This document shows, piece after piece, positions 45,454-56,140 of a DNA stretch of 64,000 nt. The notes beneath the pieces were generated by a model that saw nothing but the letters and a program-made list of their open reading frames with translations, was not told the origin of the DNA and searched no databases. The translations under genes and the position numbers were made by a program. This DNA is from Rhodosorus marinus CCMP1338 (Eukaryota; Plantae; Rhodophyta), in NCBI GenBank assembly GCA_029953675.1, contig JAMWBK010000001.1:2542001-2606000 (forward strand), read 5' to 3'. Numbering within the stretch: the stretch's first letter is position 1; each line of letters starts with the position of its first letter.

Positions 45454-46980
45454 AACTGAAAAACTCGTCCAAGAGGTCATCCGTCTACCGACCACTGAGC
45501 TACCAATTAAACTGTGCCTATTCCGCTACTGCGCAGGACCGCGTCTAGACTTTGCTCTACGCACGCTCGCCCTACAATACGGAGCCACTCTCGCACGCGA
45601 AGCCGATCGCATCTCGCTCCTGGAACTCGACAAACTGTGCGGCTCGCTCCTCGAAGGCCAGGGCCTCACAGGACCCGCAAAAGACGTGGTCGAAGCGCAG
45701 ATCCAGCTCCCTTGCCGATGGGGTGGCGCAGGCCTAGCGATGAGAACACGAATACAACCCCTCGCCTTCTTCAGCAGTTGGCGACAGACTCTGAAGCTCA
45801 ATTGGACTGGATCTAGCCACCTAGGAGCGCTACTCGATGCCTGCACATCGACGAACCTGACCGAGCACCATCACATTCGACCCCTGCTCCACTCGACGGA
45901 TCAACTTGGAGCACAACTAATCGAAGCGAGCCTCCACTCAAAACGCTGCCTGGCACGAGGAACACCGGCCCCCATACTCCGCCTAACAGAATGGCAATCG
46001 TTGGAGAGCCAAGAACAAGCAGAGAACCCGCACACACCACCCGACAGGCCCTTGATCGGTTCAACCCAAAAACTCCTCTCCAACTGGAGTCACCGACGGG
46101 CATTCGAGGAAATGGTGGAGAACGCGGAGATCAGCGAGACGGCACACGCGCGAATACGCTCCTGCAAGGGATCAGGAGGGGGTACTTGGCTGCGAGACTT
46201 GCCAAGGAAACACGGACGCGGCCTAAGTAGCGGAGAACTGAACCTGAGCCTTCGACAACTGTTGGGATTACCCCTGCCGGGTGTACGAATACTTAGTACG
46301 TGTACGATATGTTCCCAACCACACGACGCTGCAGGCATTCAACGCCTTCACCACTGCACCAGCTCTACCGGCAGTTGGACAATTCGGCATAACATGGTCA
46401 GGGACGCCCTGGCGACAGTGCTGAGACAATGGCGACTAGAAGTGACAATAGAACCGACCGGACACTACCAAGGCAGTCGGCTTCGGCCTGACATTCTAGC
46501 CCGACACCCACGAACAGGCAAGCTCTACGTGATCGATGTGAAGGTGACCTCGCCTTTGCAAAGAACACACCTCCACAAAGCGTCTTGGGAGACCGGGTAT
46601 GCGGCACGGAAAGCGGAAAAGTTTAAAGAGTCCAAATACCGTGACAGTATCGGAGAACATAACGACGACATCTTCGTCCCCTTCTGCCTGGAAACATTTG
46701 GGCAGATGGGACAACAAGCGAGTGAGTTCCTCAAGGAAGCGACTATACACCTGGATCAGCGGGCAACGCAAGTAAGTGAGGCTCGGGCGATCTTGAACCG
46801 CACTTTGTGGAAAGGAAACGCTATCCTTGCCACCCAGGCACGTCGTGTCGACGAAGCAGACTATGACATCGTCCCTATCTTAGAACGTAGCCACACAACC
46901 CATTAGGGGTTTCTTTGCTGACCAATAGGATCCTTATTGCTTCTTAATGGGCTCCAATAGGGAGTTCTTCAGTAAAGTGT
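45454..46980 (+). mobile_element. 5'-truncated CRE-like element, family C (copy C1), reading frame intact
   Basis: Stop-free frame from 45452 to 46906 (484 codons): LFRYCAGPRL, LPCRWGGAGL, CTIC..LHHC..RHNMVRD, LRPDIL..YVIDVKV, KESKY, FVPFCLETFG. The exact 3' end is uncertain. Confidence 0.9.
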
Positions 46981-47942
46981 ACGCGGTTACCAATCACAGC
47001 AGCGAGACGCCAGAAGGGAGGGGAAGGGGGAAGGGGCTAACTTTGGGTTAACGATGCTCTTGCAACACTATAGTTCGTATCTATGCATGAGCATCCACTC
47101 ACCTTGACAGCCGTGTGAGCTCAGAGCCCCAGCTAGAACTCGGAAACGAATGAAAACATGACATGGTCAAAAGCGTTCAATGCAACGTATAATGTTTTCC
47201 TTAATTTCAAAATATAGACACTTGTCGTTTAATGACTGACTATTAACGACACTCGTCAAATAGTTTGTGGGTATATTGTGTACAAACTACATCTATTTTT
47301 TCAAGGATTGAATTGGAGACACCTGTCGTTCAACAACTGATTATTAACGACACTTGTCAAATATCTGTTGGATATGTTGTGTACTAACGAGTAGGTACGT
47401 AGTAAATCGTACGAAATTCAGAAAAAGTGAGAAATTCATCGTGAAATTGGAGACACACACAATCGCGCTTCGTTTCGTGGCCGGCACAGAACAGCAAGCG
47501 CCCGTAGACAAAATGAAAAAGTCACAGTTCCTTCTAAACTTTGGGGTTCCTAAAAAGTTCCAGAAATACACCCCCCACCCGCCTGGTAACAGGACATGGA
47601 ACACATGTCGAATAGGTTCCACAGCAACCCCAGTCCGGTGGATGGTTCACCAAGTTGTTGTACCCCGCTGCCATGATGTACATAATTCGCGAATATTTAT
47701 CTTTTGATAATAATCGATAGGTCTTATCGTACAAATTGTACGATCGTACCCCCGCCCCCCCAGGAACTATTTTGATATGGTAACGCAGATGAATCTTGGC
47801 AAATCCAAAGGAGCCCCTTTGGTCAAAATAAAAAAACACAATCCCCCTTAATATTTCTCCTAATCCATAAATACCATCAAATTTTTATGAAATATCGCAG
47901 TTCCAACGTTTAAACAGTCCGCTTTCTTACCCCCCCTGTCAC

Positions 47943-48048
47943 CGAGGCTTGCACCCCCCTTGTATTACGCACGAATCGACATTCCCGGTTAGTCTGGGGT
48001 TACGAGGCTTGCACCCCCCTTGTATTACGCACGAATCGACATTCCCGG
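47943..48048. repeat. 46-bp perfect direct repeat separated by 14 bp
   Basis: CGAGGCTTGCACCCCCCTTGTATTACGCACGAATCGACATTCCCGG at 47943-47988 and 48003-48048, with spacer TTAGTCTGGGGTTA. Confidence 0.92.
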
Positions 48049-49026
48049 CAGAAAAATCGGAAAACAAAATACTGGAAGATCTTCTAATGTTCCTCCCCCT
48101 CAACCTACCGCTACTAATTTGACGAAGAGTATTCTTACAACTCCTGCGATCATACGCCCTGGCTTACACTTCCCATCAAATCGAGTAATATTCAACCACC
48201 CGTATATAGTCCTGATTCCAATCCCCCACTCTTAAGTTTTGTATTTAGTTTTTCCGATAATCAGCATATCTATATGTTTCTCATCCCTCTAGATCATCAC
48301 CCATATGAAACGACTAGGAAACCAACTACTAATACCACCCCCCCCAACCCCAACCCTCTTTCCCTCCCTTCCAAATTAGGGTTAAAACAAAGACGGAATC
48401 TGAGGAAATATTATGACCTGAGATTAGGCCAGGAGAACAATTCTGGGAAGTATGGGACTGTATTTTAGAATTTTAGCCTGTTCAAAAACCTTTGTTTTTG
48501 TGCACGAGCAAAAAAAAAGGCGGTAAGGGGACTGTTTTATGTGGTATTTAGGGCGTGAAAGAGTTTAGTTAGAGCTGACTAGAGCTAAATGGCAACACTC
48601 TTTTGTTCGAGTTGCGGTGGATGAGGGCGAGAAAGGAAAGGAACGGAGGGAAAGGAAGAGAAGGAAAAGGAAGGGAAGGAGACCGAGAAGACGAGTGGTG
48701 GCTGTTATATGCTAGAGAACAGGGGGTAATTTGTGGACAGCGAAAGTGTTGTGGGGGGTTTGCTGTCTGTTTCCCTTCGGGTTGTTGACTTTTGTGCTTT
48801 CGGCGGGGTGGGTGGGGGTGGGGAGGGGGTTGAGTGATTGTTTGGTTCTCTGTTGGCTCTGTTCGGGACTTTTTGGATTGTGTTTCAATTTGAATAGGTT
48901 TGTTTTTGGGTGAGTTGGAATCGGGGTCGGAACGAAGGGCAGGAGGTATTGAGTGTAAAGGGGTTGCCAGGCGCTGTTGGCGAGAGTAGCCCTCTTTCGT
49001 ACTTTTGGAAAGAACACACACACAAG

Positions 49027-49766
49027 ATGCCGCGCGGTTCTCTGGATCTCACGGAGGAGACTATTAAAGAGTTTCGGGAGGCGTTTGCGCTTTTCGACCA
49101 GAATAGTGATGGAACAATAACTGTGCAGGAGTTGGGAAGGGTAATGAATAGTATGGGGCAAAATCCATCCGAAAGGGAGCTGAGGCAAATGATTGACGGC
49201 GTCGATGCGGACGGTGATGGAACAATAGACTTCGCAGAGTTCGTGACCCTCATGGCTAGAAAAATGAGCACGGATAGGGACGCGGAGGTTCGTCAGGCGT
49301 TTAACATATTTGACAAGGACGGAGATGGCTATATAACCAAGTGGGAGCTCAACACCATCATGCAAAGTTTTGGTGAAAACTTAACCGAGGAGGAGGTGGG
49401 TTTGTTGAACGCGTTCTGACTTTTGGTTGTCCCTTCGCAGGGCTTTGTATCTTCCGATTTGAATTTTGATTGATACATCCAGCGGTTTCTCAATTAGTCG
49501 GGGAATGAATAGCTTACCCCAGAGCACCAGTAGGAGAGCGTTTCCGTTAGAAACTAGGCTCTGAAGTGTCTGCTATGGAAAACTCCCCTTTCTTTGTTCT
49601 GGATTCTGGGTTTCCGGATATCTTCTAACGAAACTTTGGAGAAAACTGTGCCTAACGAGTTTTTTTTTGTTTGCAGATAAACTTGATGATTCAAGAAGCA
49701 GACAGTAACGGCGACGGAAAGATTGACTACGAGGAGTTCGTTGCCATGCTTGACGCAAGCTGCTAG
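49027..49766 (+). CDS. CaM: Calmodulin or calmodulin-like protein, 152 aa, 2 exons
   Basis: Exons 49027-49395 and 49677-49766; intron GTGGGT..CTAAC..TTGCAG. Four EF-hands: [48 protein letters not shown]. Confidence 0.93.
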
Positions 49767-51690
49767 TCGGAGATGGGAAAGGACAGGCACGAGGAAGCCG
49801 GACCTTTGGGTCGCCACGCAAGAATTTCGAAATGACAGTTACTACTTGACCGGAGCATCCTTCTACCACAGCAGAGTAGTGGTGGAGAGGAAACTCCCCA
49901 TGCGAGTGTGATCAACCCGTAGCAGCAAGTTTCTGATCGTCCGCTTCCGCTTGCAAAGTGTCAGCTGGGTGCAGCAACGCGTTTCGACTAGTGCCGACCG
50001 GACTGAAACTCCTCTTTGCTTCTCCTTAGAGAATTCAGAATCCCATTTGCTTTTGCCAGGACTGAATGGACTGAATTTCCACTGCTTTCTTTGGCCCCCT
50101 ATCGATGTTGAACAACTGGGTTTTTCTTTTCTCATTTTTTAACCTTAGCGAATGAACGAATGATACAGAGCATATTTTTTTTTGTTACACCTTCAAGTTC
50201 GGATACAAGATGGCAAGCTCTGGATCTAGTTCCAGAATACCGTGACGCTTTTGACAGCCCATCGCTCAAGGCTTTGCGCTGGCTCCGTTCTGGGTTCAAA
50301 CTAGCGCACCGCTATCCAAGCAAGCACCCAAATCCAGCGCAGATGAAGTCAAAACGCATAGCTTCCCTAAGGCGCATACCAAACGAATTTCAGCTGACGG
50401 ACGTTTCCCAATGCCACTACTCCAGTCCACGAAAATTAGTCGGGGCGCTTGGAGCTCGTCATCTCTTCCGAACGCTAGGCCTCGCCTTGTTTCTCCTGCT
50501 GTGGTCTATATTGGCTGTTTGACTTGGCTTCGATTGTTTTTCATTGTCCTCGCTTTTTTTGTGGACGACGTCATTGCGTTGTGCTTGTCATGTGAGAAAA
50601 GACATGGGTCCTGCGCCAGACTCGTTTTGCGAGTAGGTGACTTCACCACTTTCTTCAACAGTATACCGCTTGAATCGGGAGCCGTACCGAAAGCATCAAC
50701 AGAAGAACGTTTCCTTCGTTGAAAAATGCTCCAAAACAGTTCTCTTCCCTAGCGCAGCCTGAACAGCCGTTGCCCAGCATGGACCCTAATATCCGACCAA
50801 CTTGCACTATCCAAGAGGGAGCTCAAGTCCAAGCCGTGGTGATATCCAACTTCGACGAGCAGAAGTGAAAACTAGCAAACGCTTAACAAAAGTCACAGAC
50901 CGAAATGGTGAACTAGATGCGCGTGACTTGAGTTTCTTAGATCTTATAAATCGCAGCGGCGCCCCGAGATGGTAACCGAAACCCTAAAGCTGCAGGTGGG
51001 ACGAGGAAGGAACAGGCACTTTTGAGTGGCAGTTGGAACGAACAGTTCCGAACCAAGTTGCAGTATTTTTTTTGCCATCCAGGAGTGGAAAGCTTGCGGG
51101 AGAAGAGGGGAAACCCGCACGCACATCTAGACATGGACAAGTAGCAAGTTTTTTGGCGGGCTTGAGAGAGAAATCTTCGAGCCTTCAAAGCTCCTAAGGA
51201 GGTGGTGGCTGTGGTGGTGGGGGAGTATTTTTTTGTTCGTTATCGAAGAGGGGCTAGTTAAGAGGGATTCTGTGAACGAGGACTTTTGTGGAAGGGGAAG
51301 TTTGGTTGTGTTGGACGACCTGATAGTGTTCGGTTCCTACGAAATGAGGAGACTGAGATGAGTTTTTAATCTGAAGAGCGGGGAACAAGTTCCGATGGTC
51401 AATCGGTGAGTGGTGGAGTCGAAAGCTGTGCGCGGCAAAAGACTACCAAGAGCGTCTGACATGGGTGTGTTTGCGTCTGGATTCGGGAACTTGGTTTTGT
51501 TTTTGAAAGGGATTTGGATTTGGATGGATGGAGGAAGTGGAGGAAGAGGATGAGAGATAGGAGAAGTGCGAGGGTTTTGGGGAACCCCGTGTACTCCACG
51601 GTGTTAAGCGGAAGTTTGAAACGTGTTTGAAGGTGTGTTTATGCGTGTTCTTTGGGGTGTTGGATTTCTCCAAGTTCAAGTGGATTTCAA

Positions 51691-54621
51691 ATGGAAGAAG
51701 CGGGGAAGGAGGCATTTGAGGACGAGGACGAGGACGAGTTGTTGCTGACTGACTCCAAGATGCTGGAAACATCCTTGCACAACCCTCCGCCGTTTAGAGG
51801 GGACCGACCAGCAGATCTTCCGCTGCTGACAGACCTACGAAATCCGAGTTTTGGTTCCGGCGAGGGGGACGAAAGTCCGAACTATTTGCTCGTGTCCCAG
51901 CGCGCGAGCACCCCGCAGTTCGGAGTACCTGCGAGTGCTTTTATGTCGGCTGTCGACCTCGTCCCAATCCACCAGCGAAAGAGATCCTCGGCAGGGAACA
52001 TGGTTCTCTTGTCACCAAGGGCAGCGAGCGCTCAACCACCATCCACCAGTGACATGGAGGTCTCCTCATCGAGCCCACACGGTGGATGGCGTAGCCCGGT
52101 CACCAGAGTCAGCCTTAGGCAGTCCGCCAGTAGGCGTCGATCGGTTCTATTTGACCCGGAAGAGCTCTTCGTAGCCGATTCGATTGAATCGGACACTAAC
52201 AGTTTGAGCAAAGCGGAGGCTGAATGTGGCCTGTGCCCAAACCCCAAAATTGACACGCTCAAGGCGTACAAGCCGCGTAAGACGTTCAGGGAGTCCAGAA
52301 ACCTAGCCGGATTTTTCACTTCAGCCGGGACGAATAGCGAATTGAGCTCGGGGGATGCCATCATGCTGGGCCCAGCGGAATGCTATGAGGAAGCTGCGCG
52401 TGCCATAGCGCTACTGAGGAAGAAGGAAAGCGATCTCGCCGAGCGAGCAGGCCATCAGAGAGTAGGGGGAACAGCGGAAAATCGTGCGTACGTTGGTGGT
52501 ACGCGCGATACGATGCAAAAATCGCTGTTCTCTTACCGCTCTTATGACAAGCAGAAGAAGCTTGAGGTTGAGAGCTCCTTCATGCGATTGGTCGAAAACC
52601 GATTGATGAACATGAGGACAGAGACGCGAGAGTTCCAGGTAGCTAGCGCAATTTTCATGAAGGTTGCGATGGACCGCTACGCCACGGATCCCCAGAGTGG
52701 GAACGAGTTTATCGATCCCATGTTGACGCGCATGTATTCGAGCAACGTCAAGGCCTTGAGAGTGCGTTCGTTCGAGCTACTGCTTAACTTGGCCGTGCAT
52801 GGTGCGTTTCTTGGGCGAAACGAAACTGCTGTTTTCAGCTCCCTACTGCACCAGCTCCGGAAGCTGTTGGGGCTGCTCACTGCTGCAGGGCCCGATGAAG
52901 AAGATGGGGACGTATGGTTTGCCGCAATGAAAACGTCGCTTTGCTACCTTCGGGCTTTCGATCCCGAGAAGAGGGCAACGGTGCTCCCGGTGAACGTCGT
53001 ATCTGTTTTTGCCAACAAGTTTGCTCCGAGATCGCCCGCAATCGAGAGAATTCTCATTTCCGAACTGTTCTGCAAGGCCGGATTTATCGACGATCTTGGC
53101 CAGGGTAGTGATTCACACGTTGGCTTTCAGGATCTAAGCAGGGAGAACAGTGCTAGACATGGTGTAGTTGAAAAACGTAAAACGAGATCGGGACCATCGA
53201 GGAGGGAGCAGTTCCTGCTTATTCTGATGGAACCGGAGACGTTTGGAGGACGGCTACCAAGCCCAGATGGGCTTTTCAACGAGGAACTTCTGCAGCGGTC
53301 TGGAGGCTTGTCCCTATTGGTGACCTTGTTAGCACGTGCTAGGTCCATCAGGAGCATTCAAGATATCCTGATGACTCTGGTGAGCTTATCTATCTCAAGA
53401 GCCAGGAAGAAGCGAAACCTGCGCGTCTTGTCCGCAGATTTGAGGTGGCAGGTGAAAGCCATAGTCGAGATATTCAGAACGCAGACAAAGCATTGGAACC
53501 CGTCACATTTTCTCCGTTTTCAGGTGAGCTCCTTCACGGATAGTGTCCTTCGGCACCTGTTCTTCGAACCTCTGTTCATGGACGATAGCGACCGCGACGG
53601 GAACCAAGAGCTTCGGGAGATTGTCCGCGCGCTGAACGAACGAGTGGACAAGGACCTGTTCCTAACAACGCTATTGGAGCTGGTCAACATTGGCGAGGAG
53701 ATGAGAGGAATGGATTCCGAGCATGGAGGCATTGACGTGCCATGGAGCGATCGAATTGTGCGTATGGAAGGGGAGGTACTGCGGATTGGGTCCGAGTCTG
53801 AGCGCCCCTTGGTACCCGTCGTGGCCGTGATCTGCAGCACGGTGAAGGAGTTATTCTCTGGAGGCAAAACCGCTTCATCCGCATACATCGAGGAAGCGAT
53901 TCGGCTGACGGAACTGCTTTTGTATTCGCTGCTCGTCCGCAATCCGCTCTGGCCGGAAACGCGTTTCTTCGAGTCCGAAGCCCAAGGGCTTCTCATGGGC
54001 GCACGGATTCTATCAAGAGAAAGTCTCAGCCTGGTTCGCGTGGATACTCTGAGTACCCTGCTGTCGATTCTGCCAAGTGAATCTCCCAAGTCACCGACCA
54101 AGACGCAATTTGAATATATCTCGGTGCTCCGACAAGCGCTCGCGGAGCTGCTCGCGAACAGGGTAGTCACAGAGCTGTTAAGGTTCACGGATGACCCGGA
54201 TGCCTGCGTGGCTGAGCGGGCGTGCAGGGCGTTGGCCAGTTCCAGGGGGGGAATGCCGTTGCGGATGAAACACAAAGCCGCTAAGACCCTGCTCCATTCC
54301 CGCGAGGGCGACTATTCATTAGCAGTGTACAACTTTCTGCTTCTACGCGCATATCGCTCGTTGACGCTGGAGTTACGACTGAACGGTACAAATTCAACGA
54401 CTGCCGAAGACAGGATCATCATCAGTGCCGCGCCACCCAACGGCTGTTCGTACAGTACAGCTGAACCCTTCACGACACAGTCGCCGCGCAGTCCACTGCC
54501 GAGGAACGAGCCCGTAGAAGACCCTGAATCACGAGCCGAACACAACTCGTTCTCTGACCTTGTATATACTTCACCCCTTGAGGACGACGATTCAGATTTT
54601 GACGAGTCGGAACTGGACTAG
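51691..54621 (+). CDS. ~976-aa conserved uncharacterised ARM-like helical protein with low-complexity N-terminus
   Basis: Long intronless ORF with first ATG at 51691. MLTRMYSS..RVRSFELLLNLAVH and RFTDDPDACVA resemble from memory the plant At3g12590-type family; not searched. Confidence 0.75.
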   Translation: MEEAGKEAFEDEDEDELLLTDSKMLETSLHNPPPFRGDRPADLPLLTDLRNPSFGSGEGDESPNYLLVSQRASTPQFGVPASAFMSAVDLVPIHQRKRSSAGNMVLLSPRAASAQPPSTSDMEVSSSSPHGGWRSPVTRVSLRQSASRRRSVLFDPEELFVADSIESDTNSLSKAEAECGLCPNPKIDTLKAYKPRKTFRESRNLAGFFTSAGTNSELSSGDAIMLGPAECYEEAARAIALLRKKESDLAERAGHQRVGGTAENRAYVGGTRDTMQKSLFSYRSYDKQKKLEVESSFMRLVENRLMNMRTETREFQVASAIFMKVAMDRYATDPQSGNEFIDPMLTRMYSSNVKALRVRSFELLLNLAVHGAFLGRNETAVFSSLLHQLRKLLGLLTAAGPDEEDGDVWFAAMKTSLCYLRAFDPEKRATVLPVNVVSVFANKFAPRSPAIERILISELFCKAGFIDDLGQGSDSHVGFQDLSRENSARHGVVEKRKTRSGPSRREQFLLILMEPETFGGRLPSPDGLFNEELLQRSGGLSLLVTLLARARSIRSIQDILMTLVSLSISRARKKRNLRVLSADLRWQVKAIVEIFRTQTKHWNPSHFLRFQVSSFTDSVLRHLFFEPLFMDDSDRDGNQELREIVRALNERVDKDLFLTTLLELVNIGEEMRGMDSEHGGIDVPWSDRIVRMEGEVLRIGSESERPLVPVVAVICSTVKELFSGGKTASSAYIEEAIRLTELLLYSLLVRNPLWPETRFFESEAQGLLMGARILSRESLSLVRVDTLSTLLSILPSESPKSPTKTQFEYISVLRQALAELLANRVVTELLRFTDDPDACVAERACRALASSRGGMPLRMKHKAAKTLLHSREGDYSLAVYNFLLLRAYRSLTLELRLNGTNSTTAEDRIIISAAPPNGCSYSTAEPFTTQSPRSPLPRNEPVEDPESRAEHNSFSDLVYTSPLEDDDSDFDESELD

Positions 54622-55226
54622 GACGTGTGGTGGCGGCTCAATGGGCCTAGGCCGTGGATCCCTAGGCACACGCCTCCAAAACTCTCCGGGTGGCCCCTTT
54701 GAGTACACCCCAAGCCAACCCCGGCGTCTGGTAATTAATAGTATAGAGACAACTGAAAATTGTAATTGTAAAGCAGGAACAAAGCCCATGTGGATATGAA
54801 GAAGGCGATCACAATTCGCCTGGCCAGAATCTGACACGCTCTTACTGACAGGGCTTTGGGACCAAGGCCCCCGGGCCCCAAACCCCCCCGCGGCAAAAAA
54901 AAATACTCCCCGGGCATGGACGCCATCCCCAAAGTCGAGAACGAAACAACGCCATTTGCGAAGTAGTCTCTTTAATTAGGAGGACACTTTTTAGCAAGAA
55001 GGGAAGCAGTGCGTCTCCCATTGAACGGGAGGTACCCAGTAACCATTCCTTCTCCGATTCGTGGAAGCAAACTGCGTACTGGAGTAGACCGGCTTCCTCT
55101 CACGAGGAGAAACGGTCCCGTTCTCAGTCTGCATGCCATGTTCCTTCGCCTTGGATTTTTTCCCAGTTAATTTGATTAGAGTGCCCGCCGCCGCAATGGG
55201 AACGGTTGAAGAGCCTGTTCGAAAGG

Positions 55227-56140
55227 CTATGAGGTGCCCAACGCCGGAGTCGTTGCCATCACCGTTGGCAAGGACTCCTCCTCAGCTCTGACCTGAACTG
55301 CGATCTGCCGAATCAGGGCCTTCACAAATTGAAGCTGCTCCTCAAGCTTTATCTGTGAAACGCTCGGCACGTGGAGAAATAGAACCAAGGCGCCGCTGTT
55401 CTTCGCGTGGTGGAGGGAAAGGTAGTACGTCCAGTTGCACACGAACCTATTATAACGGTGATGAACACGTTGAACATCGACATCACGCAGACGGGATAGC
55501 AAGTTTCGTGCCAAGGGTATATTACCTGCCGGCGTCCGTTGATGTCTGTACATCGAAGCTTTGCTCTCTGAGGATTGAAGCAAGCTTCGCGGTCGGTAAA
55601 GTGGTCTGAATTGCGTGCGTTGTAGTTCCGTTCTTTCGGACAATAGGCTGCTTTCTAGGCGAGAATCCTCGCTCATCGTGGTACTGGAAATCAGCCTCGT
55701 TCACTCCTTTCTGCTCCAACCTGAAGTTGTTTGCTCCACAGTCAACTCCCAAGTGCAAAAACACTATAGGGCGATTTACTGGTTTGCTGAGATTATTGTG
55801 CAACTTGGACAGCGCATCTAACGCGACAAAAGACAAAGCAATAGAGTCTTTCAGCTAGTTGCAACAAGGGAATATATCAAGAGGTAGACGGCTGGGAGTC
55901 CATACCATCTGTATACTCAGCGCTGACTTCCCAAATATGACAGGAAGCAATTCTCGCAGGGAGAAACTCTCCACGGTCAACTCGGAGTTCCTCCCTAATC
56001 AACTCGATCAAGTTTTCAGTCGGATTCTCCTTCAAAGACCCAAACTTCCCAAATCCCGTTAAATGAAACTCCACCAGCCCCTGGTCCTCCTCAACTACAG
56101 ACCCACCAACACCACCAGCCCTTCCACCCCAACTCCCCAT
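55227..56140 (-). CDS. pcp: Pyroglutamyl-peptidase I (peptidase C15), 3 exons
   Basis: Exons 56140-55906, 55817-55526 and 55446-55227. Motifs: HLTGFGKF..ENPT, FLHLGV, FRLEQKGVNEA (catalytic Glu), STDAGRFVCNWTYY (catalytic Cys, rebuilt across the intron), LFLHVP (His). Confidence 0.92.

Noticed and set aside
47344-47839. Short overlapping ORFs in AT-rich DNA between C1 and calmodulin
   Set aside because: No domain recognised and no splice-consistent model.
50160-51188. Possible gene between calmodulin and the 976-aa gene
   Set aside because: Only short ORFs on both strands, without motifs or convincing splice junctions.
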